61,744 nucleotides of DNA from Brevundimonas sp. (GCA_012270135.1 JAAXIW010000239.1:1-61744), one strand, 5' to 3'. Shown: positions 1 through 10,106, numbered from the stretch's first letter. The notes: a model not told the origin generated them from the letters alone. Translations and numbers: made by a program.

Positions 1-189
1 GAGGAAGCCTATCGCCTGTCCCGGATCGGCTTCGAGGCCGGCCGCATCTCGCAACTGGAGCTGCGCGGAACCCGCGCCGCCCTCATCACCGCCCGCAACG
101 CCGCCGTCGACGCCCGCCTGGCGCGCGTCCGCGCCGAAATCGATCTCGCGCGCCTGCAAGCGCGCGCACCCTTCGGAGGGGGCCAATAA
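1..189 (+). CDS. czcC: TolC/CzcC-family outer membrane efflux protein, 3' end only
   Basis: Frame +1 reads EEAYRLSRIGFEAGRISQLELRGTRAALITAR...ARAPFGGGQ*, a typical OEP C-terminus; TAA overlaps the ATG of the next gene. Confidence 0.8.
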   Translation, partial: EEAYRLSRIGFEAGRISQLELRGTRAALITARNAAVDARLARVRAEIDLARLQARAPFGGGQ

Positions 190-1376
190 TGCGCAAGCCG
201 CAATCCAACAGAACGCTGCTCATTGGCGGCGTCGCCGCCGTCGTCCTGCTCGGAGGCGGCGGGCTGTTCCTGGCTCTCAATCGCGACGCGCGGCCGGCCG
301 CCGAGGGCGAGGCCGGTCACGCGGAAGAGGAGGGGCACGCGGAAGGCGAGGGCGCCGAGGCCCCCGAAGGCGTCGTGGCGCTCACGGCCGAACAGATCCG
401 CGCCGCCGGCATCGCCGTGGTCGCCGTCGGCGCCGGCGGCGGGTCAGAGACCCGGCTGGCGGGACGCGTCGAGCCCATGGTCGATGCGCGCGCCGCCGTG
501 GCCGCCTCGGTCGGCGGCCGGGTCGAGCGCGTGCTCGTCGCGCCGGGGCAGTCCGTGCGCGCCGGTCAGGCCCTCGCCACATTGGTCAGCGGCGACGCCG
601 CGACCTTCCGCGCCGACGCCGACGCGGCGGTGGCGCAGGCCGAAGCCGCGCGCCAGGCCTATCACCGCGATCGCAACCTGGCCGACCAGGGCGTGGTGGC
701 CCGGCAGGAGGTGGAGACCTCCCGAGCCCAGTCGCTCAGCGCCGAGGCGTCGGCGCGCGCCGCCCGCGCCAGGGCTTCGGCGGCCGGATCGCCAAACGCT
801 TCGGGACGGCTGAGCGTGACCAGCCCGATTTCGGGCGTCGTCACCTCGGTGCAGGTCGGCCCCGGAGGCTTTGTCCCCCAGGGCGGCGTCGTCGCCGAGG
901 TCACCAACCCCGCGCGGATTGAACTGGTCTTCAACGCGCCGCCGGCTCTGGCCGCCCAGGTCCGCGCCGGATCGCGCCTGAGGGCGACCGGGCCCAACGG
1001 GGAATTCGAAGCCGTCGTCACCGGCGTGGCGCCCGGCGCCGGCGCCGAGAGCGGCGCGACGATCATTCGCGCCCGGCCGTCGGGCGTGTCGCTGCCGCCG
1101 ACGGGATCCGCCGTCACCGGCGCCATCGTTACGGGCGATGCCGTCCCCGGCGGCCTGACGGTCCCCAGCGAAGCCGTGCAGACCATCGAAGGCGCGACGG
1201 TCGTGTTCGTTCAGGTCCAGGGCGGCTTCCGGGCCGTCCCGGTGCTGGCCGGTCGTCAGGCGGGAGGGCGCACGGAGATCCTGCGCGGCCTCGACGAGGG
1301 TGAACGCATCGCCGCCGCCAACGCCTTTCTCTTGAAAGCCGAACTCGCCAAGGGCGAGGCCGGCGATGACGACTGA
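189..1376 (+). CDS. czcB: Heavy-metal RND efflux periplasmic adaptor (CzcB/CusB family)
   Basis: N-terminal anchor, His/Glu-rich linker, lipoyl-like VGGRVERVLVAPGQSV and SPISGVV motifs; sits between OEP and RND genes. Confidence 0.9.
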   Translation: MRKPQSNRTLLIGGVAAVVLLGGGGLFLALNRDARPAAEGEAGHAEEEGHAEGEGAEAPEGVVALTAEQIRAAGIAVVAVGAGGGSETRLAGRVEPMVDARAAVAASVGGRVERVLVAPGQSVRAGQALATLVSGDAATFRADADAAVAQAEAARQAYHRDRNLADQGVVARQEVETSRAQSLSAEASARAARARASAAGSPNASGRLSVTSPISGVVTSVQVGPGGFVPQGGVVAEVTNPARIELVFNAPPALAAQVRAGSRLRATGPNGEFEAVVTGVAPGAGAESGATIIRARPSGVSLPPTGSAVTGAIVTGDAVPGGLTVPSEAVQTIEGATVVFVQVQGGFRAVPVLAGRQAGGRTEILRGLDEGERIAAANAFLLKAELAKGEAGDDD

Positions 1377-1384
1377 GGCGCGGC

Positions 1385-4300
1385 ATGTTCAAATCCATCA
1401 TTGAAGCCTCGGTGCGCTTCCGCTGGTTCGTTGTGTTGGCGACCGCGCTGGTCGCCGCGCTCGGTCTGTTCGAACTGACCAAGCTGCCGATCGACGCCGT
1501 TCCGGACATCACCAACCGGCAGGTCCAGATCACCACCGTCGCCCCGGCGCTCGCGCCGGAACAGATCGAGCGGCAGGTCACCTATCCGCTCGAGACGGCC
1601 ATGGCCGGCATTCCCGGACTGACCAGCACTCGCTCGTTGAGCCGCAACGGCTTCAGCCAGATCACGGTCATCTTCACCGACCAGACGGACATCTATTTCG
1701 CGCGCCAGCAGGTGGCCGAACGCCTCGCCCAGGCGCGCGAAAGCATGCCCGAGGGCGTGGAGCCGGCATTGGCGCCGATCACCACCGGCCTCGGCGAGGT
1801 CCTGATGTGGACCGTGGACTATCTGCCGTTCAACAGCCGCAACCTCGCCCGGCCGGGACAACCCGGCTGGCAGCCAGGCGGCGTCTACCTGACCCCCGAG
1901 GGGGAGCGGTTGACCACGCCCGAGGCGCGCGCCACCTACCTGCGCACTGTTCAGGACTGGATCGTCGCGCCGCAGATGCGGACGACGCCCGGGCTCGCCG
2001 GCGTCGACACCATCGGCGGCTATGTGAAGGAATACGCCGTCCGCCCCGACGCCGCCCGCCTGTCAGCGTATGGGCTGGGGCTGGGCGACCTCGTCACGGC
2101 CCTGGAGCGGGCCAACACCCAGGCCGGAGCCGGCTACGTCCAGCGCGGCGGCGAGGCGCTGACCGTCCGGACCGACGCCCTGGCCTCCACCGTCGAGGAT
2201 CTTGCCCAGGCCCCGGTCGTCAACCGGGGCGGCCTGGTGGTGCGCGTCGCCGATGTGGCGTCGGTCGAGGTCGGGCAAGCTCCGCGGCTGGGCGGCGCGA
2301 GCCGCGATGGCCACGAGTCGGTGCTCGGCACGGCCTTGATGATCGCCGGCGGCAACAGCCGCACCGTGGCCCAGGCCGCCGGAGAGCGCCTCGAGGAGGT
2401 GCGCGAGACCCTGCCCCCCGGGATCGAGGCGGTGACCGTGCTCGACCGAAGCGCCCTGGTGAACTCCACCATCGGCACGGTGGCGCGCAATCTGACCGAA
2501 GGCGCCCTGCTCGTCATCGTCGTGCTGTTCCTGCTGCTGGGGAACCTGCGGGCGGCGAGCATCACCGCCCTGATGATCCCGATCAGCTTCCTGTTCGCCG
2601 TCATCGGCATGAACCGCTTCGGCATCAGCGGAAACCTGATGAGCCTCGGCGCCCTCGACTTCGGCCTGATGGTCGACGGGGCGGTGGTGGTGGTGGAGAA
2701 TACCCTGCTGATGATGACCCGGCGGCGCGCGGAATTAGGCCGCATGCTCAGCCGTCACGAACGACTGGACGTCGCCATGGCCGCGGCCCGGCAGATGGTG
2801 AAGCCGGCCGCCTTCGGCCAGCTGATCATTCTGCTGGTCTTCACCCCCCTGCTGATGCTCGAGGGCGTGGAGGGTAAGACCTTCATTCCCATGGGGGCGA
2901 CCGTCATGCTCGCCCTGGTCGGCGCCTTCATCTTCTCCTTCACCTTCGTCCCGGCCATGACTGCGCTGCTGGTACGCGACCCGAAAAGCGCCCACCTCGA
3001 CGCCAACGACCGCGTGCAGGAGCACGAAACCCGCGTCCTGCGCTTCGCCCGCCGCTGGATCCAACCCGCGATCAGCGCCGCCGTAGACAAGCCCCGTGTC
3101 GTGCTCGCCTCGGCCCTGGGCGCCTTGGTCGTCGGCAGTCTGGCCTTCGCCACCCTCGGCCGGGAGTTCATTCCCACCCTCGATGAGGGCGATATCGCCA
3201 TGCAGGCCCTGCGGGTGCCGTCCGCTTCGCTGGACCAGTCCTTGGCTATGCAGATGGCCCTCGAGCGGGTCGTCAAGGCCCAGCCCGAGGTGGAGACGGT
3301 GTTCTCGCGCACCGGCACGGCGGAGGCCGCCGTCGATCCCATGCCGCGTAACATCTCCGACAGCGTGATCATCCTCAAGGACCGAGGCGACTGGCCAGAC
3401 CCGGGCCTCGAAAAGGAGGCGCTCATCGAGCGCATTGAGGAGGCGGTTAGTCAGCAGATCGGCAATAATTTCGAGTTCAGCCAGCCGATCGAACTGCGCT
3501 TCAACGAACTGATCTCCGGCGTCCGGACCGATTTGGCGGTGCTGGTCTACGGCGACGACTTCGACACCCTGCAGAGGGTCGGCGAGCAGGTGGCTCGCGC
3601 ATTGGAGGAAACACCGGGTTCCGCCGACGTTCGAGTGGAACAGGCGTCGGGGTTGCCGACGCTGACGGTCAGCGTCGACCGCTTCGCGGCGGCCAACTAC
3701 GGCCTGTCGGCGGCGGACGTCTCGGAGGCGGTCTCCACCGCCATCGGCGGAACAGAGGCTGGACGCATCTTCGAAGGGGATCGGCGCTTCGACGTTGTCG
3801 TCCGTCTGCCCGAGGCGACCCGCAACGATCCAACCAGCCTGGCCGCCCTGCCGATCGTCTCCTCGACCGGCGTGGTGGTGCCCCTGTCCTCGGTGGCGCG
3901 CATCCAGACCGCCGAGGGGCCCAACCAGATCAGCCGCGACAACGGCAGTCGGCGCATGGTGGTGCAGGCCAACGTCCGCGGCCGGGATCTCGGCGGTTTC
4001 GTCACGGATGCGCAGACGCGGGTGGAGCGGATCGATCTTCCGCCGGGCGTCCGGCTCGATTGGGGCGGTCAGTTCGAGAATCTCAAGCGCGCCGAACAGC
4101 GTCTGGGCCTCGTGGTTCCGATCGTATTCATCCTCATCGGGGTCCTGCTTTTCATGGCCCTCGGCTCATTCGCTGAAGCCGGTCTGGTGTTCGCCTGCGT
4201 CCCGCTCGCCTTGGTCGGCGGGGCCCTGGCGCTGCTCTTGCGCGGCATGCCCTTCTCCGTCTCGGCGGCGGTCGGCTTCATCGCCGTCTCGGGGGTGGCG

Positions 4301-4606
4301 ACCCTGAATGGCCTGGTGCTGATGCAGGCCATCCGCGAGCGGCTGACGGCGGGCCTGGTGCCGCGTGAGGCCGCGATCGAAGGGGCGTCCAGCCGCCTGC
4401 GGGCGGTTCTGACCACCGCCCTGGTGGCCATCGTGGGCTTTATTCCCATGGCCATCGCCCACGGGGCCGGGGCCGAGGTCCAGAAACCATTGGCCACAGT
4501 GGTCATCGGGGGCCTTTTGACGGCGACTGCGTTGACACTGCTGGTGTTGCCCACCTTCGCCGCCAAGGCGGTGAAGCATCGCAAGGCGGAAGGGATCGAG
4601 GATTGA
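1385..4606 (+). CDS. czcA: CusA/CzcA-family heavy-metal RND transporter
   Basis: 1073 aa; LPIDAVPDITNRQVQI, GALDFGLMVDGAVVVVEN, GAEVQKPLATVVIGGL motifs. Confidence 0.95.
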   Translation: MFKSIIEASVRFRWFVVLATALVAALGLFELTKLPIDAVPDITNRQVQITTVAPALAPEQIERQVTYPLETAMAGIPGLTSTRSLSRNGFSQITVIFTDQTDIYFARQQVAERLAQARESMPEGVEPALAPITTGLGEVLMWTVDYLPFNSRNLARPGQPGWQPGGVYLTPEGERLTTPEARATYLRTVQDWIVAPQMRTTPGLAGVDTIGGYVKEYAVRPDAARLSAYGLGLGDLVTALERANTQAGAGYVQRGGEALTVRTDALASTVEDLAQAPVVNRGGLVVRVADVASVEVGQAPRLGGASRDGHESVLGTALMIAGGNSRTVAQAAGERLEEVRETLPPGIEAVTVLDRSALVNSTIGTVARNLTEGALLVIVVLFLLLGNLRAASITALMIPISFLFAVIGMNRFGISGNLMSLGALDFGLMVDGAVVVVENTLLMMTRRRAELGRMLSRHERLDVAMAAARQMVKPAAFGQLIILLVFTPLLMLEGVEGKTFIPMGATVMLALVGAFIFSFTFVPAMTALLVRDPKSAHLDANDRVQEHETRVLRFARRWIQPAISAAVDKPRVVLASALGALVVGSLAFATLGREFIPTLDEGDIAMQALRVPSASLDQSLAMQMALERVVKAQPEVETVFSRTGTAEAAVDPMPRNISDSVIILKDRGDWPDPGLEKEALIERIEEAVSQQIGNNFEFSQPIELRFNELISGVRTDLAVLVYGDDFDTLQRVGEQVARALEETPGSADVRVEQASGLPTLTVSVDRFAAANYGLSAADVSEAVSTAIGGTEAGRIFEGDRRFDVVVRLPEATRNDPTSLAALPIVSSTGVVVPLSSVARIQTAEGPNQISRDNGSRRMVVQANVRGRDLGGFVTDAQTRVERIDLPPGVRLDWGGQFENLKRAEQRLGLVVPIVFILIGVLLFMALGSFAEAGLVFACVPLALVGGALALLLRGMPFSVSAAVGFIAVSGVATLNGLVLMQAIRERLTAGLVPREAAIEGASSRLRAVLTTALVAIVGFIPMAIAHGAGAEVQKPLATVVIGGLLTATALTLLVLPTFAAKAVKHRKAEGIED

Positions 4607-5205
4607 TGAGCGAACGAGACGAGACGGAAGGCGTCCAGCGCCGCACCCTGCTGGTGGTGTTGATCCTCAACGCCGCCCTGTTTGTAGGGCTCGGGATCGG
4701 CGGCTTGCTCGCCGATTCCAGCGCTCTGCTGGCCAATGCCCTGGACAATGCGTCTGACTCCGCCGTCTACCTCATCAGCTTTCTGGCGGTGGGCCGCGCC
4801 CTGATCTGGAAGACCCGCGCCGCCCGGGCCTCCGGAATCCTGCTGCTGATCTTCGCTGCGGGCGTCCTGCTGGACGTGCTGAGACGAACGCTGATGGGGA
4901 CGGAGCCCATAGGCTGGACGATGATGGGCATGGCGGTGGTCGCCGCCATCGTGAACCTGGTGTGCCTGGAACTGATCCGGCGCCAACGCAGCGAGGATGT
5001 GAACATGAAGGCCGCCGAGACCTTCAGCTTCAACGATTTCGCCTCCAACGGCGGCATCCTGATCGCGGGTGGCCTGGTCCTGTGGCTGGATCAGTCCTGG
5101 CCGGATCTGGTCGTGGGCCTAATCGTGGCCGGCATCGCCGTGAAGGGCGGCGTCGACATCCTCCGCGACTCCCGGGCCGAAACGAGAGCGGGGGAAGAAG
5201 CCTGA
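4603..5205 (+). CDS. Short cation diffusion facilitator (CDF) transporter
   Basis: ADSSALLANALDNASD, FSFND and WPDLVVGLIVA motifs; coupled to czcA. Confidence 0.8.
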   Translation: MMSERDETEGVQRRTLLVVLILNAALFVGLGIGGLLADSSALLANALDNASDSAVYLISFLAVGRALIWKTRAARASGILLLIFAAGVLLDVLRRTLMGTEPIGWTMMGMAVVAAIVNLVCLELIRRQRSEDVNMKAAETFSFNDFASNGGILIAGGLVLWLDQSWPDLVVGLIVAGIAVKGGVDILRDSRAETRAGEEA

Positions 5206-5323
5206 GTGACGACGGCGGCTACGCCCATGATCACACGGCCGGGGCCAAAGCCCGGGTCGGTGGCGAAGTGAGCGGCCCGCGCTGATAACCATTCCTTGCC
5301 CCGTTGCGGACTAGGCTGCGCCC

Positions 5324-6490
5324 ATGGTCCGCAGCGACGCCGCGCCGATGAAGTCCCGCCCACCGCGCATCGCCCGCGGCGGCTGGCTCGACGCGCTCCG
5401 CTTCATCGTCGGGGCGCTGATCATCCTCTACCATTTCCGCGAGGCCTCGCCGGTCCCGCTGCCCCAGCTGCATCCGGTGTTCGACCGCGGCTATCTGCTC
5501 ACCGACTTCTTCATCATCGACTCCGGTTACGTCCTGGCGCGCATCTACGGCGACCGGCTCGCCGCCGGTCAGGCGTCGCTGCGCGCCTATGCGCGCCAGC
5601 GGCTGCTGCGGGTCATTCCGGCCCACCTCGTCGTCAGCCTTATCCTCGTCGTCCTCGTCGGCGGCGCGGCTCTGGCGGGGATCGCGCCCAGCAACCCGCG
5701 CTGGTTCGACTGGTCGCAGCTGCCGGCCCAGGTGCTGCTGCTCCAGGCCTGGGGCGTGCCGGGCGGGCAGGGGTGGAACGCCCCGACCTGGACGCTCTCG
5801 GCCCTGATTGCCTGCTACCTCCTGCTGCCCTGGATCTGCCGGGCCCTGTGGCGCTGGCCGCCGATCGCCGTGGTGATCGGCGCGACGCTGCTGGTCGTCG
5901 GCGCCGACCTCGCGGCCTCGCTGTGGCTCGGCGATCCGATCTACCGCCTGCCGATGCGCTACGGCGTCCTGCGCGCCTTGCCGCTGTTCCTGCTCGGGGT
6001 CGCGGCGGCCTTCTACGGTTCACGCGTCTATGTCGCATCCCGTCTGGCCGGCGCGATCGGGGTCGGCGCCGCCATCGCGCTTGTCATCCTTCAGGCCTTC
6101 GGCGCCTTCAGCCTGTTGTCGCTGGGCCTGATGACCGTGATCATCTGGGCCGCCGGGGCCGTATCGGTGCGCAGGCCGTCACGCCTGATCGAACATCTGG
6201 CCCTGATGTCGTTCTCGATGTTCCTGACCAATGAGGTCACCCGTATCGTTTGGTTCGGCCTGCTCGACGCCCTGGGCCAGGACGCCCTGTCGTCGGGGGT
6301 TCGCTGGGCGCTGTGGTCGATCGGTTTCATCGGCGCCTTCGCGGCCGCGGCGGTGTTCCGCTATGGCTTCGACCGGCCGGTGCAGAGCTGGCTCAACCCG
6401 TCGCGCGTCAGGCTGGCGGCTGCGGACAGGAACGCACCCGCGACGCCTCGGGCGTCAGGCGCCGTTGTGGCGGCCGAACACGCGGGTTGA
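5324..6490 (+). CDS. Acyltransferase family 3 (OafA-like) membrane protein
   Basis: WLDALRF..IILYH, FFIIDSGYV, WNAPTWTLS motifs; multi-TM; start may be 5348. Confidence 0.85.
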   Translation: MVRSDAAPMKSRPPRIARGGWLDALRFIVGALIILYHFREASPVPLPQLHPVFDRGYLLTDFFIIDSGYVLARIYGDRLAAGQASLRAYARQRLLRVIPAHLVVSLILVVLVGGAALAGIAPSNPRWFDWSQLPAQVLLLQAWGVPGGQGWNAPTWTLSALIACYLLLPWICRALWRWPPIAVVIGATLLVVGADLAASLWLGDPIYRLPMRYGVLRALPLFLLGVAAAFYGSRVYVASRLAGAIGVGAAIALVILQAFGAFSLLSLGLMTVIIWAAGAVSVRRPSRLIEHLALMSFSMFLTNEVTRIVWFGLLDALGQDALSSGVRWALWSIGFIGAFAAAAVFRYGFDRPVQSWLNPSRVRLAAADRNAPATPRASGAVVAAEHAG

Positions 6491-6922
6491 ACCATCGTTG
6501 AGGATCAGGACGGTCGTATAGGGTTCGCGCCCGGCGGCTTCCATGCCCGGCGAGCCAGCCGGCATGCCGGGGGCGCTCAGCGCCCGGGCGGCGGGGCGTT
6601 CGCTGAGCAGCCGGTCGACGTCGCCGGCCGGAACATGGCCCTCGATCGCATAGGGGCCGACGACCGCCGTGTGGCAGGAGGCCAGCCGGTCCGGAACGCC
6701 ATGTTGCGCCCGGGTCGGCGCGAGATCTTCGCGCTCGACGACCTCGACGGTCCAGCCGGCCTGGCGCATGTGGGCGATCCAGCCGCCGCAGCAGCCGCAC
6801 CAGGGCGTCTTGTAGGCGGTCATCCGCTTCGGCGGCGCGGCGAGGGCCGGGGCGGCTAAGGCGGCGAGGGACAGGCCGCTCAGGATGGACCGGCGGTCAA
6901 GGATGGTCGGAGAACGGTTCAT
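6455..6922 (-). CDS. DUF411 metal-binding periplasmic protein
   Basis: Tat-like RR signal, CGCC, SCHTA, IEGHVPA and PGMPAGSPGME motifs. Confidence 0.9.
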   Translation of the reverse strand: MNRSPTILDRRSILSGLSLAALAAPALAAPPKRMTAYKTPWCGCCGGWIAHMRQAGWTVEVVEREDLAPTRAQHGVPDRLASCHTAVVGPYAIEGHVPAGDVDRLLSERPAARALSAPGMPAGSPGMEAAGREPYTTVLILNDGSTRVFGRHNGA

Positions 6923-6952
6923 GGCGGTCCTGGGTGACGATGACGCCGCGGC

Positions 6953-7183
6953 TTAGCCGGGCGTGTGACCTGCGTGCCCGCCGCTCTGCGGCGTTTCGGG
7001 AGCGGGCGCCGGAGCCGGGGCGGGTGCGTCCGGAGCCGGGGCCGGAGCGTTCATCTCGTCGCAGCACTCCATGGCGGCGCCGGGGGCCATGTCCTTGCAG
7101 CAGGCGCAGGCCTCCGCCGCGAGCACCGCGCCGGCGCTGAGGGCGAGGAAGGCGGCCGCCGCGGCGGCGATCTTGAGGGTCAT
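6953..7183 (-). CDS. Small secreted Cys/Met/His-rich protein
   Basis: GGAG RBS, signal peptide, CACCKDM...MECCDEM, Pro-Ala linker, HAGH tail; paralog at 46526-46753. Confidence 0.75.
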   Translation of the reverse strand: MTLKIAAAAAAFLALSAGAVLAAEACACCKDMAPGAAMECCDEMNAPAPAPDAPAPAPAPAPETPQSGGHAGHTPG

Positions 7184-7255
7184 CGCGGGTCTCCTTGAAA
7201 TCGAGCCGCCTTGATCGGCCCGCGGGCGTCCGCCGTCAATGGGCGACCCCTGCGG

Positions 7256-7456
7256 TCAGGTGTCCACCCGTTCGACCGCGACCCAGCGTCCGCCGCGCTT
7301 CTCGACCACGAAGCGGGCGGACGTTTCCTCGAAGGCCGGCACGTCGCCGTCCCGGAACCAGATCCACGCGCGCGACCGGCTGCCCGGGCGCACGAAATAG
7401 GCGCGGCTGGAGCCGGCGTCCTGCCATTCGATGGTGACGGTCTTGCGGAGGGGCAT
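7256..7456 (-). CDS. Small hypothetical protein (66 aa)
   Basis: MPLRKTVTIEWQDAG...VERVDT; protein-like composition, co-oriented with neighbours. Confidence 0.55.
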   Translation of the reverse strand: MPLRKTVTIEWQDAGSSRAYFVRPGSRSRAWIWFRDGDVPAFEETSARFVVEKRGGRWVAVERVDT

Positions 7457-7741
7457 GGCAAGAACAAAAGCAGAACACGAAGCGGGGTCAAGCCGGCTTC
7501 GCGCGCCCGCCGTCGTCATCCACAGGCGCACGCCGGGACGCCGCCCAGAAGGCTAAGGGCTCCGCCCTCGCGCGGGTCAGGGTGAAGCGGCTGCGCCGCC
7601 GGACCGGCCGGTCTCCCCGACCTTCCGCGCGGTCATGCTGTTCATTTTCATCATCGTCGTCGGCTTGTGCAGGCCGGGCGATCCCCCTCCGGCCGGTCCG
7701 CCCTGGCCCTTGCTACCCCGGTCTCGCCGACGCGCAGGGTT

Positions 7742-8582
7742 TCAGGCGCGCAGTTCGCGTGCCTGCAACCCTTGCCCGTCGCCCGGCCCCTCGACGAATT
7801 CGCGGACCTCGGCCTCGATGGCGGTGTCCGTTGTGTCGAGCAGCACCGCGGCGGTGTCGCGCATCAGGGACCACGACCACCGGGCGATGACGATCGCGCC
7901 GACGATGCCCATCAGCGGGTCTAGCCAGACCCATCCCATAGCGGCCCGCAAGCAGGGCGATGATCGCCAGCACCGAGGTCAGGGCGTCGGCCAGCACATG
8001 GATGTAGGCGGCGCGCAGGTTGTTGTCGCGATGGCCGCCATGACCGTGCTGGTGATCATGGTCGTCGTGATGATCGTGGTCGTGGTGATGGCCATGCCCG
8101 TGGCCATGACGACCGTGGTGGTGCCCCCCGCCGGACAGAAGGACGGCGCTGACCAGATTGACCACGAGACCCAGGATGGCGACCAGCGTCGCCTGGCCGA
8201 AGGCGACCGAGCGCGGATCGATCAGGCGGCCGATGGACTCTCCCGCGATCCCGAGCGCCACGATGCCCAGAACCAGCGCCGAGGCGAACCCCGCCAGGTC
8301 CCCGACCTTGCCGGTCCCGAAGCTGAAGCGCCGGTTGGCGGCATGCCGCTTGGCGTAGGCGTAGGCGCCGGCCGCAACGGCCAGGGCGCCGGCGTGGGTC
8401 GCCATGTGAAAGCCGTCGGCCAGCAGGGCCATCGAGCCGTAGACCAGGCCGGCGATGATCTCCCCGACCATCATGACGGCCGTCAGGCCGACCACCCACA
8501 GCGTTCGCCGTGCGCTGTCGTCGTGCGAACGGCTGAGGAAATAGTGGTCGTGGGTCAGATAGTCGGTCTCGGACGCGGACAT
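7742..8582 (-). pseudogene. dmeF: DmeF-like CDF Co/Ni efflux transporter, frameshifted and 3'-truncated
   Basis: GSMALLADGFHMATH, His-rich loop, DNNLRAAYIHVLADALTS; frame shifts near 7938 (LAGRY then GWVWLDPLMG in another frame); C-terminal domain missing after EFVEGPGD. Confidence 0.85.
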
Positions 8583-8592
8583 GGCGCGGGCC

Positions 8593-8868
8593 TTACTTTG
8601 AATAGCGGCGAATGATGGCGATCAACTCGTCGGCGCCGCCCTGCCGGGCGTCCTCGCTCAGATCGGGATGAGCGACGTGGTGGCGCAGATGGTCTTCAAT
8701 CAACTCTTCCAGAAGCCCGCCCATGGCGCCCCGCGCGGCCGCGACCTGCTGCAGGATTTGCGAACACCCGGCTTCAGACTCGATGGCGCGCTCTATTGCG
8801 CTGAGCTGACCCGAGATCCTCCGGACCCGCGCGACGAGCTTCTTCTTGTTCGTGGAGGTATGCGCCAT
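8593..8868 (-). CDS. RcnR/CsoR-family metal-sensing repressor (DmeR-like)
   Basis: MAHT...ARVRRISGQ...CSQILQQVAAARGA...DHLRHH; directly upstream of dmeF. Confidence 0.9.
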   Translation of the reverse strand: MAHTSTNKKKLVARVRRISGQLSAIERAIESEAGCSQILQQVAAARGAMGGLLEELIEDHLRHHVAHPDLSEDARQGGADELIAIIRRYSK

Positions 8869-8869
8869 G

Positions 8870-8888
8870 GATACTCCCCTATAGTATC
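8870..8888. promoter_or_regulatory. RcnR/CsoR-type operator
   Basis: GATACT-cccctat-AGTATC inverted repeat with a C/G tract immediately upstream of the repressor start. Confidence 0.7.
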
Positions 8889-8924
8889 TTGCACCGGCGC
8901 GCGACACCTCCTATGAGGCCGCTT

Positions 8925-9032
8925 CCTGTTGGGGAGTAGCTTCCGGCGTCTGATCGCCGGGGTCGGATCAACACACTCGCGTTTCGGCGCGCGGTCCGAC
9001 CAGCGGAACCGCCGCCTAGCGAGACCAGCGCG
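8925..9032 (+). ncRNA. yybP-ykoY manganese riboswitch
   Basis: GGGGAGTAGC...TCAACACACTC...GCGAGACC hallmark segments upstream of mntP; ends approximate. Confidence 0.85.
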
Positions 9033-9091
9033 TCCCACCGCCGCACCGGCCGGGGAGGGAAGCGCTGTTCGTTGCCGGGTGGATGCTCGTC

Positions 9092-9655
9092 ATGACTCCT
9101 GTCGCCATCGCCGTTCTGTCTCTCAGCATGTCTACCGACGCCTTCGCCGCCGCCGTTGGGCGTGGTGCTTTGCATCGACCGAACCTGGCCGGCGCCGTGA
9201 AGGCAGGCCTGGTATTCGGGTGTATCGAGGCCATCACCCCGGTGATTGGCTGGGGGCTCGGCATGGTCGCTGCAGGCCTCGTCGAACGCGTGGATCATTG
9301 GATCGCCTTCGGTCTCCTCGCCGCTGTTGGCGGCAAGATGATCTGGGAAGCGACCCGTCCCCTGGCTGAGGATGCCCCACGCCGGTCCGGACCTTGGGCG
9401 CTGATCGCCATGGCGGTCGGGACCAGCATCGACGCGGCGGCTGTTGGCGTCGGCCTGGCCTTCATCGGAGCCAATATCTGGGTTATCGCGGCCTCAATCG
9501 GCGTCACGACCTTCCTGCTGACCACGATCGGCATGCTGATTGGCCGGGCCGTCGGCCAGCGTTTTGGCAAGATCGCCGAGCTTCTGGGAGGGCTCGCGCT
9601 TGTCGCGCTCGGTCTGATGATCCTGCTTGAGCACCTCGGCGTCATCGGCGCGTGA
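9092..9655 (+). CDS. mntP: Manganese efflux pump MntP
   Basis: LSMSTDAFAAA, DHWIAFGLL and TSIDAAAVG repeats; riboswitch upstream. Confidence 0.92.
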   Translation: MTPVAIAVLSLSMSTDAFAAAVGRGALHRPNLAGAVKAGLVFGCIEAITPVIGWGLGMVAAGLVERVDHWIAFGLLAAVGGKMIWEATRPLAEDAPRRSGPWALIAMAVGTSIDAAAVGVGLAFIGANIWVIAASIGVTTFLLTTIGMLIGRAVGQRFGKIAELLGGLALVALGLMILLEHLGVIGA

Positions 9656-9698
9656 TTGCCAGGACCCTACCGGCTCGACAGGGTGCGCAGGTCATCAC

Positions 9699-10106
9699 CT
9701 ATGCGATCGATCCGAGTTCTGCGATCACCGGACACCGAACCCGCCCGCCTTCGCTGCAGTCCGCGACGGCCTGCTTAAGCACCGTCCGGAGCCGCTCCAG
9801 ATCCGCGATTTTGGCGTCCACGCTGGCGATGTGGTCCTGGGCCATGTCGCGGACTTCGCAGCAGGCCTGGACGCCCGGCTCACTCAACGCGATCAGCCGC
9901 CGAATGGCGTCGATGCCGAATCCCAGTTCGCGGGACCGGCGGATGAAGCGCAGGCGTTGGGCGTGTTCCGGCTCATAGCTCCTGTGTCCGCCCTCGGTGC
10001 GGGCCGGGGCGGGCATCAGGCCGATCCGCTCGTAGTAGCGCACCGTTTCCAAGTTCACCCCGGCGCTCTCTGCGAGGCGCCCGATCGTCAAACTTCGTGC
10101 GGACAT
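9699..10106 (-). CDS. MerR-family metal-responsive regulator
   Basis: TIGRLAESAGVNLETVRYYERIGL HTH; Cys residues in CCEV and C-terminal CSEGGRVRCP. Confidence 0.92.
   Translation of the reverse strand: MSARSLTIGRLAESAGVNLETVRYYERIGLMPAPARTEGGHRSYEPEHAQRLRFIRRSRELGFGIDAIRRLIALSEPGVQACCEVRDMAQDHIASVDAKIADLERLRTVLKQAVADCSEGGRVRCPVIAELGSIA

Noticed and set aside
8040-8125. His-codon repeat tract
   Set aside because: Normal His-rich loop of DmeF-type CDF transporters
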